From Acidimicrobiia bacterium (GTDB taxonomy: Bacteria; Actinomycetota; Acidimicrobiia; Spongiisociales; UBA5794), in contig JASJBC010000004.1 of assembly GCA_030066715.1 (NCBI GenBank), forward strand, positions 1 to 58,045: 58,045 bases of DNA, given 5' to 3'. Made by a program: the position numbers and the translations under genes. Below the pieces are notes generated by a model. The model was given only the letters and a program-made list of their open reading frames with translations, ran no database searches and was not told the origin of the DNA. This document shows positions 9,704 through 18,938 of this stretch, in pieces; positions within the stretch are counted from its first letter, which is position 1; every line of letters starts with the position of its first letter.

Positions 9704-11901
9704 GCACCCCCGTCGTTGCCGTCGCCGGGTGCCCCAACTCAGGCAAGACGTCGCTGTTCAACCAGCTCACGGGTGCCCGGCAGAAGGTCGGCAATTGGCC
9801 GGGGCAGACCGTCGAGAAGTACACAGGCAAGTTCACCGTTGCCGGTTCGCAGTTCGAGGCGGTTGATCTGCCCGGCACCTACGGTTTGGTGGCGATCTCG
9901 GAGGAAGAGGCAATCGCCGCCACGTTCCTCGCCGAAGAGAAGCCGGATGTTGTCATCTCTGTCGTCGATGCCTCGAACCTCACCGGGAGTCTGCATCTCG
10001 TCGCCCAGATCGCCGAGGCGGGGTTTCGTCAGGTTGTTGCCCTGAACTTGATCGATGTCGCAGAGCGGCGCGGCATCGAGATCGACGACTCGGTGCTTTC
10101 GGATCGGCTCGGCGTCGAAGTGGTTCGCACGGTCGCCCGGCGCGGTCAAGGCATCGATGAGCTCAAGGCCGCCGTCGTTCGTGCGCTCGACCGCAAGCCG
10201 ATGCAGCTCGTCGTTGACTACGGAGCTGTGGTCGAGCGCCACCTTGGCGGACTCGTCGAGCGGATCATCGATCGGCCTGAGGTTGCTGCGGCACAGTCGC
10301 CACGCTGGACGGCGCTGCAACTGCTGGCCGGGGATCGTGGCCTGCGCCGCCGGCTCGGCAGCATGCAGGGCGGGTCCGAGGTCGTCGATGCGGCCGATGC
10401 CTTTCGCGATGACATCAGCAAGGAAGCATCGTCCGAGTGTGAGATGGAGTTGGCCGAGCATCGCTTCAACTGGATCGCAGGTCTCGTTGACGAGATGACG
10501 GGTGCAGTCGTGCAACAGACGACCTGGTCGGATCGTGTCGACCGGGTGTTGACCAACCACTACTTCGGCATACCCATCTTCCTCGTCGTGATGTGGGTCA
10601 CGCTGCGCGTGACCGCCGACGTCAGTGCTCCCTTCCTCGATTGGATCGACGCAACGGTTTCGGGACCTGTCTCCCGTTGGTTCGTTGGTCTGCTGGATCT
10701 AGTCGGGCTGAGCGGCGGGTGGGTCGAGAGCATGGTCGTCGATGGCGTACTCGCGGGGGTCGGTGGCGTGCTCGTCTTCGTACCCGTCCTGTTCAGCCTC
10801 TATCTGTGTCTGGCCATCCTCGAAGATTCGGGATACATGGCGCGAGCAGCAGCCGTCATGGACCGCGCCATGCGCGCCGTTGGGATTCCGGGCAAGGCCT
10901 TCCTGCCGATGATGGTCGGTTTCGGCTGCACGGTCCCGGCGATCTACGCGACGAGGACGCTCGACTCGTCTCGTGATCGTCTGCTGACCGGCCTGATCAC
11001 ACCATTCATGTCCTGCGGGGCTCGTCTGCCGGTGTACGTTCTGCTGGCTGCGATCTTCTTCGCCGACGCCAAAGGCACCATCGTCTTCGGCATGTACGTA
11101 CTCGGCATCCTGGTGGCCGTGCTCGTCGGTCTACTGCTGAGCCGGACGGCCCTCCGTGAGGAGGAGCCGACGCCGTTCGTGATGGTCATGCCCGAGTTCC
11201 GTCTGCCCAACGTCCGCACAGTCTGGATGTTGGTATGGCAGCGCACGATGGCCTTTGTCAAGGGCGCCGGCACAACGATCCTGCTCGCCAGCATGGCCGT
11301 CTGGCTGCTGCTGGCCATCCCGGTTGGGGGCGGAGGAACCTTCACAGACACCGACGTCGAGGAGAGCGCGTTCGGCGTCGTCGCCAAGGGATTCGCCCCG
11401 GTGCTGGATCCGGCCGGGTTTGGGGATTGGGAGCAATCGGGTGCCCTCCTCACCGGCTTCGTTGCCAAGGAAGTCGTTGTTTCCACCATGGCGCAGCTCT
11501 ATGCCGTCGCGGGGGAGCAGGGTGCCCAGGGAGCGCCCGGCTTCGTTGCCGACGTGGAGGAAATCGGTTCGAGCTTCGTTGCTGCCACGGTCGATACCCT
11601 CAAGGCGATCCCCGGCGTGTTTGGACTTGACTTCTTCGATCTCGAGGACGAGGAGGACACCGCACTCCAGGCCGTAGTCCGCGACTCGTTCGAGGAGAGC
11701 AGCGGTGGTCGCGGCTCCCTGGCTGCCATCGCCTTCATGGTCTTCGTGCTTCTATACACCCCGTGCATGGCTGCGGTCGGTGCATTCCGGCACGAGTTCG
11801 GTACCAAGTGGATGTGGGTCAGCGTGATCGGTCAGTTCCTCATCGCTTGGATCGGCGCCGTGATCGTGTTCCAGGGCGGCAAGTTCCTGGGTCTGGGATG
11901 A
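9700..11901 (+). CDS. feoB: ferrous iron transporter FeoB
   Basis: N-terminal G domain with G1 GCPNSGKTSLFNQLTG, G3 DLPGTYGL and G4 NLID, followed by a polytopic membrane domain. 733 aa. Confidence 0.95.
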   Translation: MSTPVVAVAGCPNSGKTSLFNQLTGARQKVGNWPGQTVEKYTGKFTVAGSQFEAVDLPGTYGLVAISEEEAIAATFLAEEKPDVVISVVDASNLTGSLHLVAQIAEAGFRQVVALNLIDVAERRGIEIDDSVLSDRLGVEVVRTVARRGQGIDELKAAVVRALDRKPMQLVVDYGAVVERHLGGLVERIIDRPEVAAAQSPRWTALQLLAGDRGLRRRLGSMQGGSEVVDAADAFRDDISKEASSECEMELAEHRFNWIAGLVDEMTGAVVQQTTWSDRVDRVLTNHYFGIPIFLVVMWVTLRVTADVSAPFLDWIDATVSGPVSRWFVGLLDLVGLSGGWVESMVVDGVLAGVGGVLVFVPVLFSLYLCLAILEDSGYMARAAAVMDRAMRAVGIPGKAFLPMMVGFGCTVPAIYATRTLDSSRDRLLTGLITPFMSCGARLPVYVLLAAIFFADAKGTIVFGMYVLGILVAVLVGLLLSRTALREEEPTPFVMVMPEFRLPNVRTVWMLVWQRTMAFVKGAGTTILLASMAVWLLLAIPVGGGGTFTDTDVEESAFGVVAKGFAPVLDPAGFGDWEQSGALLTGFVAKEVVVSTMAQLYAVAGEQGAQGAPGFVADVEEIGSSFVAATVDTLKAIPGVFGLDFFDLEDEEDTALQAVVRDSFEESSGGRGSLAAIAFMVFVLLYTPCMAAVGAFRHEFGTKWMWVSVIGQFLIAWIGAVIVFQGGKFLGLG

Positions 11902-12182
11902 GACTGGCTGCGCTTCTCAGCGCCATCGAGGAATCGAAGGGCCCGGTCACCGGGATCGATTTGGCACTTCGCCTTGGGGTATCCCCGCGCGAAGTCGCCG
12001 CCATGCTCGATGCGTTGCGGGCCAGCGGCAGGCTCAGCCCCGAGATGAAGCCACCGCAGCCGATCGACGAGTGTGCATCGGCCGGGGCGTGCTCGATGAC
12101 CTGTCCCGGACCCGAGGACTGTTCTCTGGTGATAGACCTCAGCGTCACCAGCCTCGAGATCAGGGGCCTTTCAGCGCGGTAG
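11898..12182 (+). CDS. FeoC-like small winged-helix protein with Cys-rich tail
   Basis: ATGA overlap with the feoB stop. MRLAALLSAIEESKGPVTGIDLALRLGVSPREVAAMLDALRASGRL, then CASAGACSMTCPGPEDC (four Cys). Confidence 0.6.
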   Translation: MRLAALLSAIEESKGPVTGIDLALRLGVSPREVAAMLDALRASGRLSPEMKPPQPIDECASAGACSMTCPGPEDCSLVIDLSVTSLEIRGLSAR

Positions 12183-12746
12183 CAGCCCCTGCATCAGTTG
12201 CGGGATCAACGCCGCGTTGGCCTTCTCCACATCCAACGTGCCGGTCTGCACCAACTGGAACATCGCAACCATGTTGACCGCGCCCATCAGCGCAACCGCA
12301 GCGGTGTCGACGTCAGAGAGAACGAGCTCGCCGGTGGCCTTGCCTTCGATGAGCAGGTCACGGAAAGGCGCCACCATGAGTCGCTCAGCACCGCTGACCA
12401 CTTCCCCGTACTTGCCGGCGTCCCTGACCGCAGCCGGCATCTCCGTGCACAGGGTCGGGTGGGCGGCCATGGCCTCCATCACAGAGCCGAGGGTGCGTTC
12501 GAGACGCTCGACAACGGTACCCTCGGAGTTGATTGCCTTCTGCACCGCAACCGACGCACGGTTCAGCTTGTCCTGGAGGAAGAAGCTGATCAGGTCGTCC
12601 TTGCCGGAGAAGTAGTAGTAGAGGGTGGCGCGCGGGATCTCCGCCATCTGCGCCATCTCGTCGATGCTCACGTCGAGGTTCGTTCCCGACAGCTGCTCAC
12701 CGGCGTCGATCAGCTTGGCGGCGAGGTCATCCGGGAGTCGTTTCAT
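12171..12746 (-). CDS. TetR/AcrR-family transcriptional regulator
   Basis: Starts at ATG 12746 (MKRLPDDLAAKLIDAGEQL...). HTH SIDEMAQMAEIPRATLYYYFSGKDDL. The ORF-track start at 13019 runs into the upstream gene. Confidence 0.85.
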   Translation of the reverse strand: MKRLPDDLAAKLIDAGEQLSGTNLDVSIDEMAQMAEIPRATLYYYFSGKDDLISFFLQDKLNRASVAVQKAINSEGTVVERLERTLGSVMEAMAAHPTLCTEMPAAVRDAGKYGEVVSGAERLMVAPFRDLLIEGKATGELVLSDVDTAAVALMGAVNMVAMFQLVQTGTLDVEKANAALIPQLMQGLLPR

Positions 12747-12803
12747 GAGTACTCCTCTAGGGCTTTCGGATCCTACTTCAGAATTGAGTCTGGACGACGA
12801 AAC

Positions 12804-12815
12804 AGACACGTGTCT
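12804..12815. promoter_or_regulatory. 12-bp perfect palindrome, candidate TetR operator
   Basis: AGACACGTGTCT lies 58 nt upstream of the TetR start, in the 97-nt gap after the phosphatase gene. Confidence 0.3.
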
Positions 12816-12843
12816 AGAACACACCCGGCCCGGGTTGCCGCTC

Positions 12844-13665
12844 TCAACCGGATTCGAGAAGCGAGCGGCGCAGGCCTGCCGTCTCCTCCTCACTGAGACC
12901 GAGGTGATTTCTGACGTAGCTATCGAACGAGCCAGCGACTCGATGTATCTCGTCCCATGCCGCGTCGAAGTAGGAGTCCTCGAGGATGAAGAACCGCCGG
13001 AGGGCCACGCGTTCCTCATCGCGTAATGGAGTCGTCCGCCGGTTGCGGCTGAGGATCTTGCTCAGGAACGCCTCCTGAGTCGCCGGGTCCGTTCCGAGCG
13101 CGTCGTTTGACCTCAGGTAGTCACCCCGGATGTCCTCTTCTGGGACGCCGAGGATCGCCAGCAACAGAGCGGCCGTCATCCCGGTGCGATCCTTGCCGCC
13201 GATGCAGTGGAAGACCAACGGCAGGTTGGCGACGTCTGCCATCACGCGCAGCGCAGCACCGATTTCAGCGGAGAACTCACGGATGAGTCTCCTGTTCCCT
13301 TCCTCGAGGTCGGGGAGGGCAGTGAAGTCCCCATGCTCCAAGGCGTACCTGACGTCGGGAGCCATCGCTGCATCGCCGATGGCGAAAGTCACCTGGGCCA
13401 CGCCGTCGGGAAGCCGGTTGTGCCCTGTCATCTCCTTCTCCACATCGGGACGAAAGTCGACGACGGTCTTGATGCCGAGATCCGCAAACCGCTCGAGATC
13501 TGAGTCGGTCAGGCCGGAGAGCCGGTCCGAGCGGTAGATGAGCCCCGTCTTCACGTACTCCCCGGTCTTGGTGCGATGGTCTCCAACGTCCCGGAAGTTG
13601 CGGGCACCTTCCATCAAGCTGTGTGTCATCTGCGTCCTCGGATCGGCCCGAGTCCATTGTGCCAC
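12844..13665 (-). CDS. protein tyrosine/dual-specificity phosphatase, PtpB-like (Y_phosphatase3 type)
   Basis: P-loop HCIGGKDRTG (CX5R), close to the mycobacterial PtpB signature HCFAGKDRTG. Possible alternative start at 13629. Confidence 0.8.
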   Translation of the reverse strand: MAQWTRADPRTQMTHSLMEGARNFRDVGDHRTKTGEYVKTGLIYRSDRLSGLTDSDLERFADLGIKTVVDFRPDVEKEMTGHNRLPDGVAQVTFAIGDAAMAPDVRYALEHGDFTALPDLEEGNRRLIREFSAEIGAALRVMADVANLPLVFHCIGGKDRTGMTAALLLAILGVPEEDIRGDYLRSNDALGTDPATQEAFLSKILSRNRRTTPLRDEERVALRRFFILEDSYFDAAWDEIHRVAGSFDSYVRNHLGLSEEETAGLRRSLLESG

Positions 13666-13690
13666 TCAGTGTGCCGGCGCAATCCAGGAG

Positions 13691-14317
13691 CTAGGCGAGC
13701 GGAGCAGCGGCGAACGGAGTTGAGAACCGCAGGCACCAAATCAGCACGAACTGGTGGACGTCGGGATCGAACTCAGCGGGCAGGGCATAGTTCTGCCCAC
13801 CCACGTTGCCCTTGATCTTGCCCAGATCGATGTACTCGCCGGGGTCGCCTCCGTCATACTCAGCGGACTCCAGAACCCAGACATACAGGTCGGGACCGTT
13901 CTGAATATCGGTGTCGTCCTCGAAGCGAAGGACAAACGACCCGTCCTGCTCGTAGACCGTTGCCGTCCCCTCTGCGGAGTGGTCGATGCCGAAGAAAGCG
14001 CCGGACGAGATCGCAACGGGACCGGTTGGCTCCGGTGCCGCCGTCGTCGTAGTGGTCGTCGTCGTGGTTGTCGTTGTGGTGTCGGTTTCGTCGCTTTCCG
14101 TCTCGGGCGGCAGCGTCGTAGTCGTCGTTGTGGTCTGAGGAGCTTCGGTTGTCGCCGGGGCGGCGGCCACCGGGAAGGCGTCGGCCAGGGACTCATCCAC
14201 ACGATCGTCGATGAAGAGCTTGTCCGGGCGGAACAGCAGGAAGCCCACTATCAGCACCGCGGCGCCAACCCCGATGATCGGCCACTTGAAACGTCGAATC
14301 AGATCCATTGTCCTCAC
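13691..14317 (-). CDS. membrane-anchored DM13-domain protein with poly-Thr linker
   Basis: N-terminal TM (WPIIGVGAAVLIVGFLLF). Thr runs (TTTTTTT, TTTTTTTTTTTTT). C-terminal GAFFGIDHSAEGTATVYEQDGSFVLRFEDDTDIQNGPDLYVWV is DM13-like. Confidence 0.65.
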   Translation of the reverse strand: MRTMDLIRRFKWPIIGVGAAVLIVGFLLFRPDKLFIDDRVDESLADAFPVAAAPATTEAPQTTTTTTTLPPETESDETDTTTTTTTTTTTTTAAPEPTGPVAISSGAFFGIDHSAEGTATVYEQDGSFVLRFEDDTDIQNGPDLYVWVLESAEYDGGDPGEYIDLGKIKGNVGGQNYALPAEFDPDVHQFVLIWCLRFSTPFAAAPLA

Positions 14318-14411
14318 CCTGTTTGTCGTTGTTCTGACAGGTAACCAGACCGGGGCGACTCACGTTCCGGGTTTTGCGTGTGTTCTCTGTTTGTTCACAC
14401 GGTCCGATTTG

Positions 14412-16013
14412 TCACGAGTCGATGCCGAACCCGAGCGGGAACGCAGCAGAGAGGGTGACCGGCAGCCGGCCCGAGCACGAGATCTCCCCGAAGAGGGCGC
14501 GGGCGGCCGCTTCCATGCTGGGCCCGCGGATGCCGTAGGTGCACAGATAGGTCTCGGCCTGCGGGAAGGCAAGCAAGTCGTAAGGAGTGCGCAGGGCGAT
14601 GGCGATCACCGGAGTGGCTGTGTCCAGGAGCTGCCGGGCGAGCGCCGTCTGTTGCTCGTCCATTGAGCCCGAGATGGTCCCAAGCACGATCAGGTCGTAC
14701 TCCTCAGCCCGTTGCCGTATAGCCGCGATATCGGCGTCAGTCGGGGGATGGCCGACGACGTGCTCATCGACGTACTGATGATGACGGCGCAGAGCGCCGG
14801 CGAGCGATGGGGGCACGCGAGACGAGGTGTCGGCGGGCGTCAGGTCCTTCGGCTGCGGCATCACTGCGGCGATCCGTGCCGACGGATCGAGCCGCAGCGG
14901 AACCAGGCCCGCATCGTTGCGGACCATCGTGATGGCCCGTTCCGCCGCCTCGCGGGCGAGCGCGTCGTGCTCGTCGCAACCGACCGTGGCGAGGTCGGGC
15001 TTGGGGACGTCGGCCACCCGCCTGCGGAGAGATCGGGACCGTTGCACTGCTGCGAGCAAACGATCGTCGGAGATCAGGCCGCGGTGGGATGCGAGTGCCA
15101 AGCCCTGCTCAACCCGCTCCTGGGTGGCAGCGGTCATCAGCATCAGGTCCACGCCGGCTCGGATCGCAGCTACTGCGTCGATTACCTGGCCGGCGCCCTG
15201 GGCGATTGCTCCCATGTCGAATGCATCGGTGATGACGGCTCCCGCAAAGCCGAGATCGTCGCGAAGCAGGTCGGTGAGTACGGCGGGCGACAGGGTCGAC
15301 GCAATGTCGTCGCGCTCGGTGATCCCGGGAATCGCAAAGTGGCCGGTCATCACCAGGTCCGCCCCCGCCTCGAGCCCTGCCCGGAAAGGGGCCAACTCCA
15401 TTGCCTCGAGACGCCGCAGCGAGTGCTTGATGACCGGGAGGCCGTAGTGGCTGTCCACCCTGGCCTCACCCTTGCCGGGGAAGTGCTTCACGGTGGTCAG
15501 CACTCCCGCGTCCTTGCTCCCCCGCACGAACGCACTCACATGGGCGGCTGCGGTCGCCGGGTCGTCGCTGAAGGCACGGATGCCGAGGCTCGGGTTGCCG
15601 GGGTTGGTGTTGAGGTCCGCAATCGGGGCGTAGTTGAGGTTCACGCCCAGGGCCAGCATCTCGGTTGCGATTGCCCTCCCTATCCGCTCGGTCAGGCCCG
15701 GATCTCCGGCGGCGCCGAGCGCCATGTTCCCGGGGAAGTCGGTGGTACCGACCAGGGCAATCAGTTGGCCGCCTTCCTGATCGGAGGCAATGAGGAGGGG
15801 AAGCTCGCTGGCACTCGCCCGCTGGAGGGTGGTAGTGAGCTCCAGCATCTGCTCGGCAGAGACCGAGTTCTCGTAGGAGAAGATCGTGAACCCGGCCGGA
15901 GGGTTCTCGGTGAGGCGATCCAGTGTCTCCGGCGGAGGGGCGCTTCCGGGAAAGGCGAGCATGAGGGTCTCGGCGACATCGGGAAGCTTCATAGCTGGGG
16001 CGGTCCCGCTCAC
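14412..16013 (-). CDS. glycoside hydrolase family 3 (beta-N-acetylhexosaminidase/NagZ-like, two-domain)
   Basis: KHFPGKGEARVDSHYGLPV block and GH3 N- and C-terminal domain layout. GTGA overlap with the upstream deacetylase gene (alternative ATG at 15992). Confidence 0.85.
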   Translation of the reverse strand: MSGTAPAMKLPDVAETLMLAFPGSAPPPETLDRLTENPPAGFTIFSYENSVSAEQMLELTTTLQRASASELPLLIASDQEGGQLIALVGTTDFPGNMALGAAGDPGLTERIGRAIATEMLALGVNLNYAPIADLNTNPGNPSLGIRAFSDDPATAAAHVSAFVRGSKDAGVLTTVKHFPGKGEARVDSHYGLPVIKHSLRRLEAMELAPFRAGLEAGADLVMTGHFAIPGITERDDIASTLSPAVLTDLLRDDLGFAGAVITDAFDMGAIAQGAGQVIDAVAAIRAGVDLMLMTAATQERVEQGLALASHRGLISDDRLLAAVQRSRSLRRRVADVPKPDLATVGCDEHDALAREAAERAITMVRNDAGLVPLRLDPSARIAAVMPQPKDLTPADTSSRVPPSLAGALRRHHQYVDEHVVGHPPTDADIAAIRQRAEEYDLIVLGTISGSMDEQQTALARQLLDTATPVIAIALRTPYDLLAFPQAETYLCTYGIRGPSMEAAARALFGEISCSGRLPVTLSAAFPLGFGIDS

Positions 16014-16858
16014 GAGAGCCGGTCGATCCGATCCGAGATCTCTTCCTGCATTCGCCGGATGTGTCCGGCAACGTGGTCCGACACGTCTGCTTCGTCGTCG
16101 TTGAGCAACGGGGTGAGGTCCATGCCGTAGATCAGCGCTTGGGCCGAGTCGACGGCGTGACTGGCCGAGTAGGTGGCGTGGGCGAGGCGGCGGCCCTCGG
16201 TAGCGAGGTCGTAGCGCTTGCCTCCTGCGATCTGCGAGTCATAGACACCGATCAGTGCGGCCGCCAGGTTGCCGTGAACCGACACGTCGAACACGACCTT
16301 GTCCTCGTCGTTCATCCAGTCCAGATCTCGCCAGACCTCGCAGCCGTACAGCTTCTCGGGGCGTGCGGAGCCGGGGAGGCTGCGGATGGCCGCAAGGGTG
16401 CGGAGGGCAACGCCGACATGGGTGTCGTGCTTGTCGGCGAGGTTGTGTGTGTATACGACCTCGGGGGCTGCGGCCGCGACGAGGTTCGCAAGCTCACGTA
16501 CGAGGCCGTCCGATGGCTTCTTGGCCTCGGCGCTGGGGTAGTCGAGTTGGATCGCGGCGCTGTACTCGCCAACGAAGGCCGCTTTGTTCTCCTCGACGGC
16601 ACGGACAGTACGCATCTGCTCATCGGTGTAGTCCGCGTAGAGTTCGGCGCGCGGGCTGCCGGAACCGTCTGTGACCGTCACTCCCAGAAACCAGCGATCG
16701 TCTCTGCCGAAACACTGGAGGATCCCGTCGTAGGCCATGATGGGGATGTCATCCTGGTGGGCGCCGATGGCGAGGTGGGTGGTCCTGGATACCGCCACGC
16801 TCGGGGTCGCCCCATCTGGTACGTAGACCTGTGCTCCGGGGTTGCGGAAGTCCATCAC
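16010..16858 (-). CDS. PIG-L/LmbE-family N-acetylglucosaminyl deacetylase
   Basis: LAIGAHQDDIPI (AHPDD-type motif) and ADKHDTHV metal-binding block. 282 aa. Confidence 0.7.
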   Translation of the reverse strand: MMDFRNPGAQVYVPDGATPSVAVSRTTHLAIGAHQDDIPIMAYDGILQCFGRDDRWFLGVTVTDGSGSPRAELYADYTDEQMRTVRAVEENKAAFVGEYSAAIQLDYPSAEAKKPSDGLVRELANLVAAAAPEVVYTHNLADKHDTHVGVALRTLAAIRSLPGSARPEKLYGCEVWRDLDWMNDEDKVVFDVSVHGNLAAALIGVYDSQIAGGKRYDLATEGRRLAHATYSASHAVDSAQALIYGMDLTPLLNDDEADVSDHVAGHIRRMQEEISDRIDRLS

Positions 16859-17106
16859 CGGGCTCCTTGGCTAGCTGGGAGGTCTGCGGCGGCGACCGAC
16901 CGGCCGCGCACCCCAAATCTGCGGGAAGTCTACGCCGCCACAACCAGGTTCCGTTCTACCGGCGTGAGGTGCAACTCCCTCTGTTTGCGATCCAGCGTCC
17001 CGGCTGTCCATGGGACGCATGTGTGGCGACCTCTGGGATATGCTGCCAGGCTATCCGTCAATCCTGATTCCGCCAGACGGCCACAGTCTGCGAACATTCT
17101 CCCCGG

Positions 17107-18144
17107 ATGGCTGGTGATCTACGGTCGGTTCTCGAGCAGTCGGTAGGCGTGTACGGAACGGCACCTACCTGCTACCTGTCTGCGCTCGCCCGCGTCCCGG
17201 ATTTGACGCTCGCCGACTTCGATGGCGCAATCGCCTCGGGCTCTCTGGTCAGGCTGCGGGCAATGCGCTATTCGGTCTACACACTCCCGGTCGAGATCGT
17301 GCCGGTCGTCGCTGCGGCGACCCGGACGCTCGCGCGCAGGACCAACGCCTATCGCAAGCGTGTCGAGCATCGGTACGACGAGTTCGTGTCGGCCATTGAT
17401 GCGGCCTTGGCAAACGGCCCGCTGCCGGCGACAAAGCTGCGCGCTGCAGTCGATCCGGAACGCGAGTTGGGTGACCTGTTCAACGTCGTCCTGGGCATGG
17501 CCGCCGCCGACTTCCGCGTTGTGCGCACCACGACGACGGGATCCTGGCGCTCCGACCGGTTCCTCTATGCACGCTGGGAGGACTTCCTACCGGCGATCGA
17601 CCCGGACGCCATCGACGACCTCACGGCGAAGAGGCAGCTTCTCGAGAGGTACGTGGCGGCGTATGGACCGGTCGAGATCGACGATGTGCGGTGGTGGACG
17701 GGGTGGACAAAGGCCGAGACGCTGGAAGCGGTCGAGGGCATCGATCTCGACCGCGAAGGTAATGCAGTTGGCCTGATGGCCGGGACGAGGCTGCTGCCGG
17801 TCTGGGATGTGCTGCTGGTTGCGTACCGCAATCGCGATCGATTCATCGCCCCGAGCTACGCTCCCCTCGCTTACGACCGGTATGGAAACGCCACCTCGGT
17901 GGTGCTCGACAAGGGCCGTGTCGTCGGCCAATGGGATCTCGGCAGCAAGGACTCGCCGCTGCAGATCAAGGTGGCGCCGTTCTCTCACTGGTCGAAGCGT
18001 CTCTGGTCGGACGTGGAGAGACAGGCCGGTCGTATCGCCAAGCTGATCGGCACCGAGAGCTTCTCGGTCACGGCCATTGACGAACCCGTCGACCTACTCG
18101 ACTCGTCCCGCAACCGTTTCCTCGCCCCGCTCTCCAAGCGTTAG
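17107..18144 (+). CDS. winged-helix DNA-binding domain protein (DUF1006, YcaQ/AlkZ-like DNA glycosylase family)
   Basis: LVRLRAMRYSVYTLP near the N-terminus. C-terminal LLPVWDVLLVAYRNRDRFI...VVLDKGRVVGQWDL fits the YcaQ-family pattern. Confidence 0.6.
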   Translation: MAGDLRSVLEQSVGVYGTAPTCYLSALARVPDLTLADFDGAIASGSLVRLRAMRYSVYTLPVEIVPVVAAATRTLARRTNAYRKRVEHRYDEFVSAIDAALANGPLPATKLRAAVDPERELGDLFNVVLGMAAADFRVVRTTTTGSWRSDRFLYARWEDFLPAIDPDAIDDLTAKRQLLERYVAAYGPVEIDDVRWWTGWTKAETLEAVEGIDLDREGNAVGLMAGTRLLPVWDVLLVAYRNRDRFIAPSYAPLAYDRYGNATSVVLDKGRVVGQWDLGSKDSPLQIKVAPFSHWSKRLWSDVERQAGRIAKLIGTESFSVTAIDEPVDLLDSSRNRFLAPLSKR

Positions 18145-18203
18145 GCCCGACCGGCGGAAACTCGTTACGCTGGGCCTCGTTGTCGAGCGCAGGAGTATTT
18201 CCC

Positions 18204-18923
18204 ATGCGTGACCTCACCGGTCAAGTTGTTGCAATAACGGGGGCCAGCGCTGGTATCGGCGCCGCCAGTGCGCGGGCTCTCGTCGACAGGGGGGCGAAAG
18301 TCGCACTCGGGGCGCGTCGCCTCGGTCGTCTCGAGGGCATGGTTGCCGAAATGGAGGGTTCCGCGATCGCAGTCGAGATGGATGTGCGGGATCCGGACGG
18401 GTCGCGGCGTCTGGTCGGCACCGCGATCGATGAGTTCGGCCGGCTCGATGCAATTGTGGCCAACGCCGGTATCGGCGCCTACGGCGGGATCATGGATCTC
18501 ACCGACGAGAAGCTCGCCGAGATGATGGACATCAACGTCGCCGGCACGGTCTGGCCGGTTCGCGCTGCGGTTCCCCACTTCCTCGAGCAAGGGGAGGGGG
18601 ACATCGTCATCGTGTCGTCCGTGGCCGGGATCAGGGGCGAGGGCTTCGAGGCGGTCTATGCGGCGACGAAGTTCGCCCAGGTCGGTCTCGCCGGTGGTCT
18701 CGACCGCGAGTTGCGGGCGAAGAACATCCGGGTCAGCACGATCTGCCCGGGTGGCACCGCAACGGAGTTCGCCATGGGTGCGGGGCGCACACCGGACATG
18801 CCCGGTCTCGCCGACATGATGCGCCCGGAGAACGTCGCCGAAGCCATCGTCACCGTCCTCAGCCAGCCCAAGTCCATGCGCACCCTCATCTGGTCGATGC
18901 GCCACATCGAAGAACAGGACTGA
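18204..18923 (+). CDS. short-chain dehydrogenase/reductase (SDR)
   Basis: AGGAG lies 8 nt before ATG 18204. VVAITGASAGIGAASA and YAATKFAQVGL (YxxxK). Confidence 0.85.
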   Translation: MRDLTGQVVAITGASAGIGAASARALVDRGAKVALGARRLGRLEGMVAEMEGSAIAVEMDVRDPDGSRRLVGTAIDEFGRLDAIVANAGIGAYGGIMDLTDEKLAEMMDINVAGTVWPVRAAVPHFLEQGEGDIVIVSSVAGIRGEGFEAVYAATKFAQVGLAGGLDRELRAKNIRVSTICPGGTATEFAMGAGRTPDMPGLADMMRPENVAEAIVTVLSQPKSMRTLIWSMRHIEEQD

Positions 18924-18938
18924 GCCGGGGCCTCTCCC

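Noticed and set aside
14712-17146. Plus-strand ORFs of 472 aa and 361 aa antisense to the GH3 and PIG-L genes. The same applies to 18165-19139 and 20647-21483 on the minus strand.
   Set aside because: All are antisense to genes with strong motif support, and their translations are Arg/Gly-rich nonsense.
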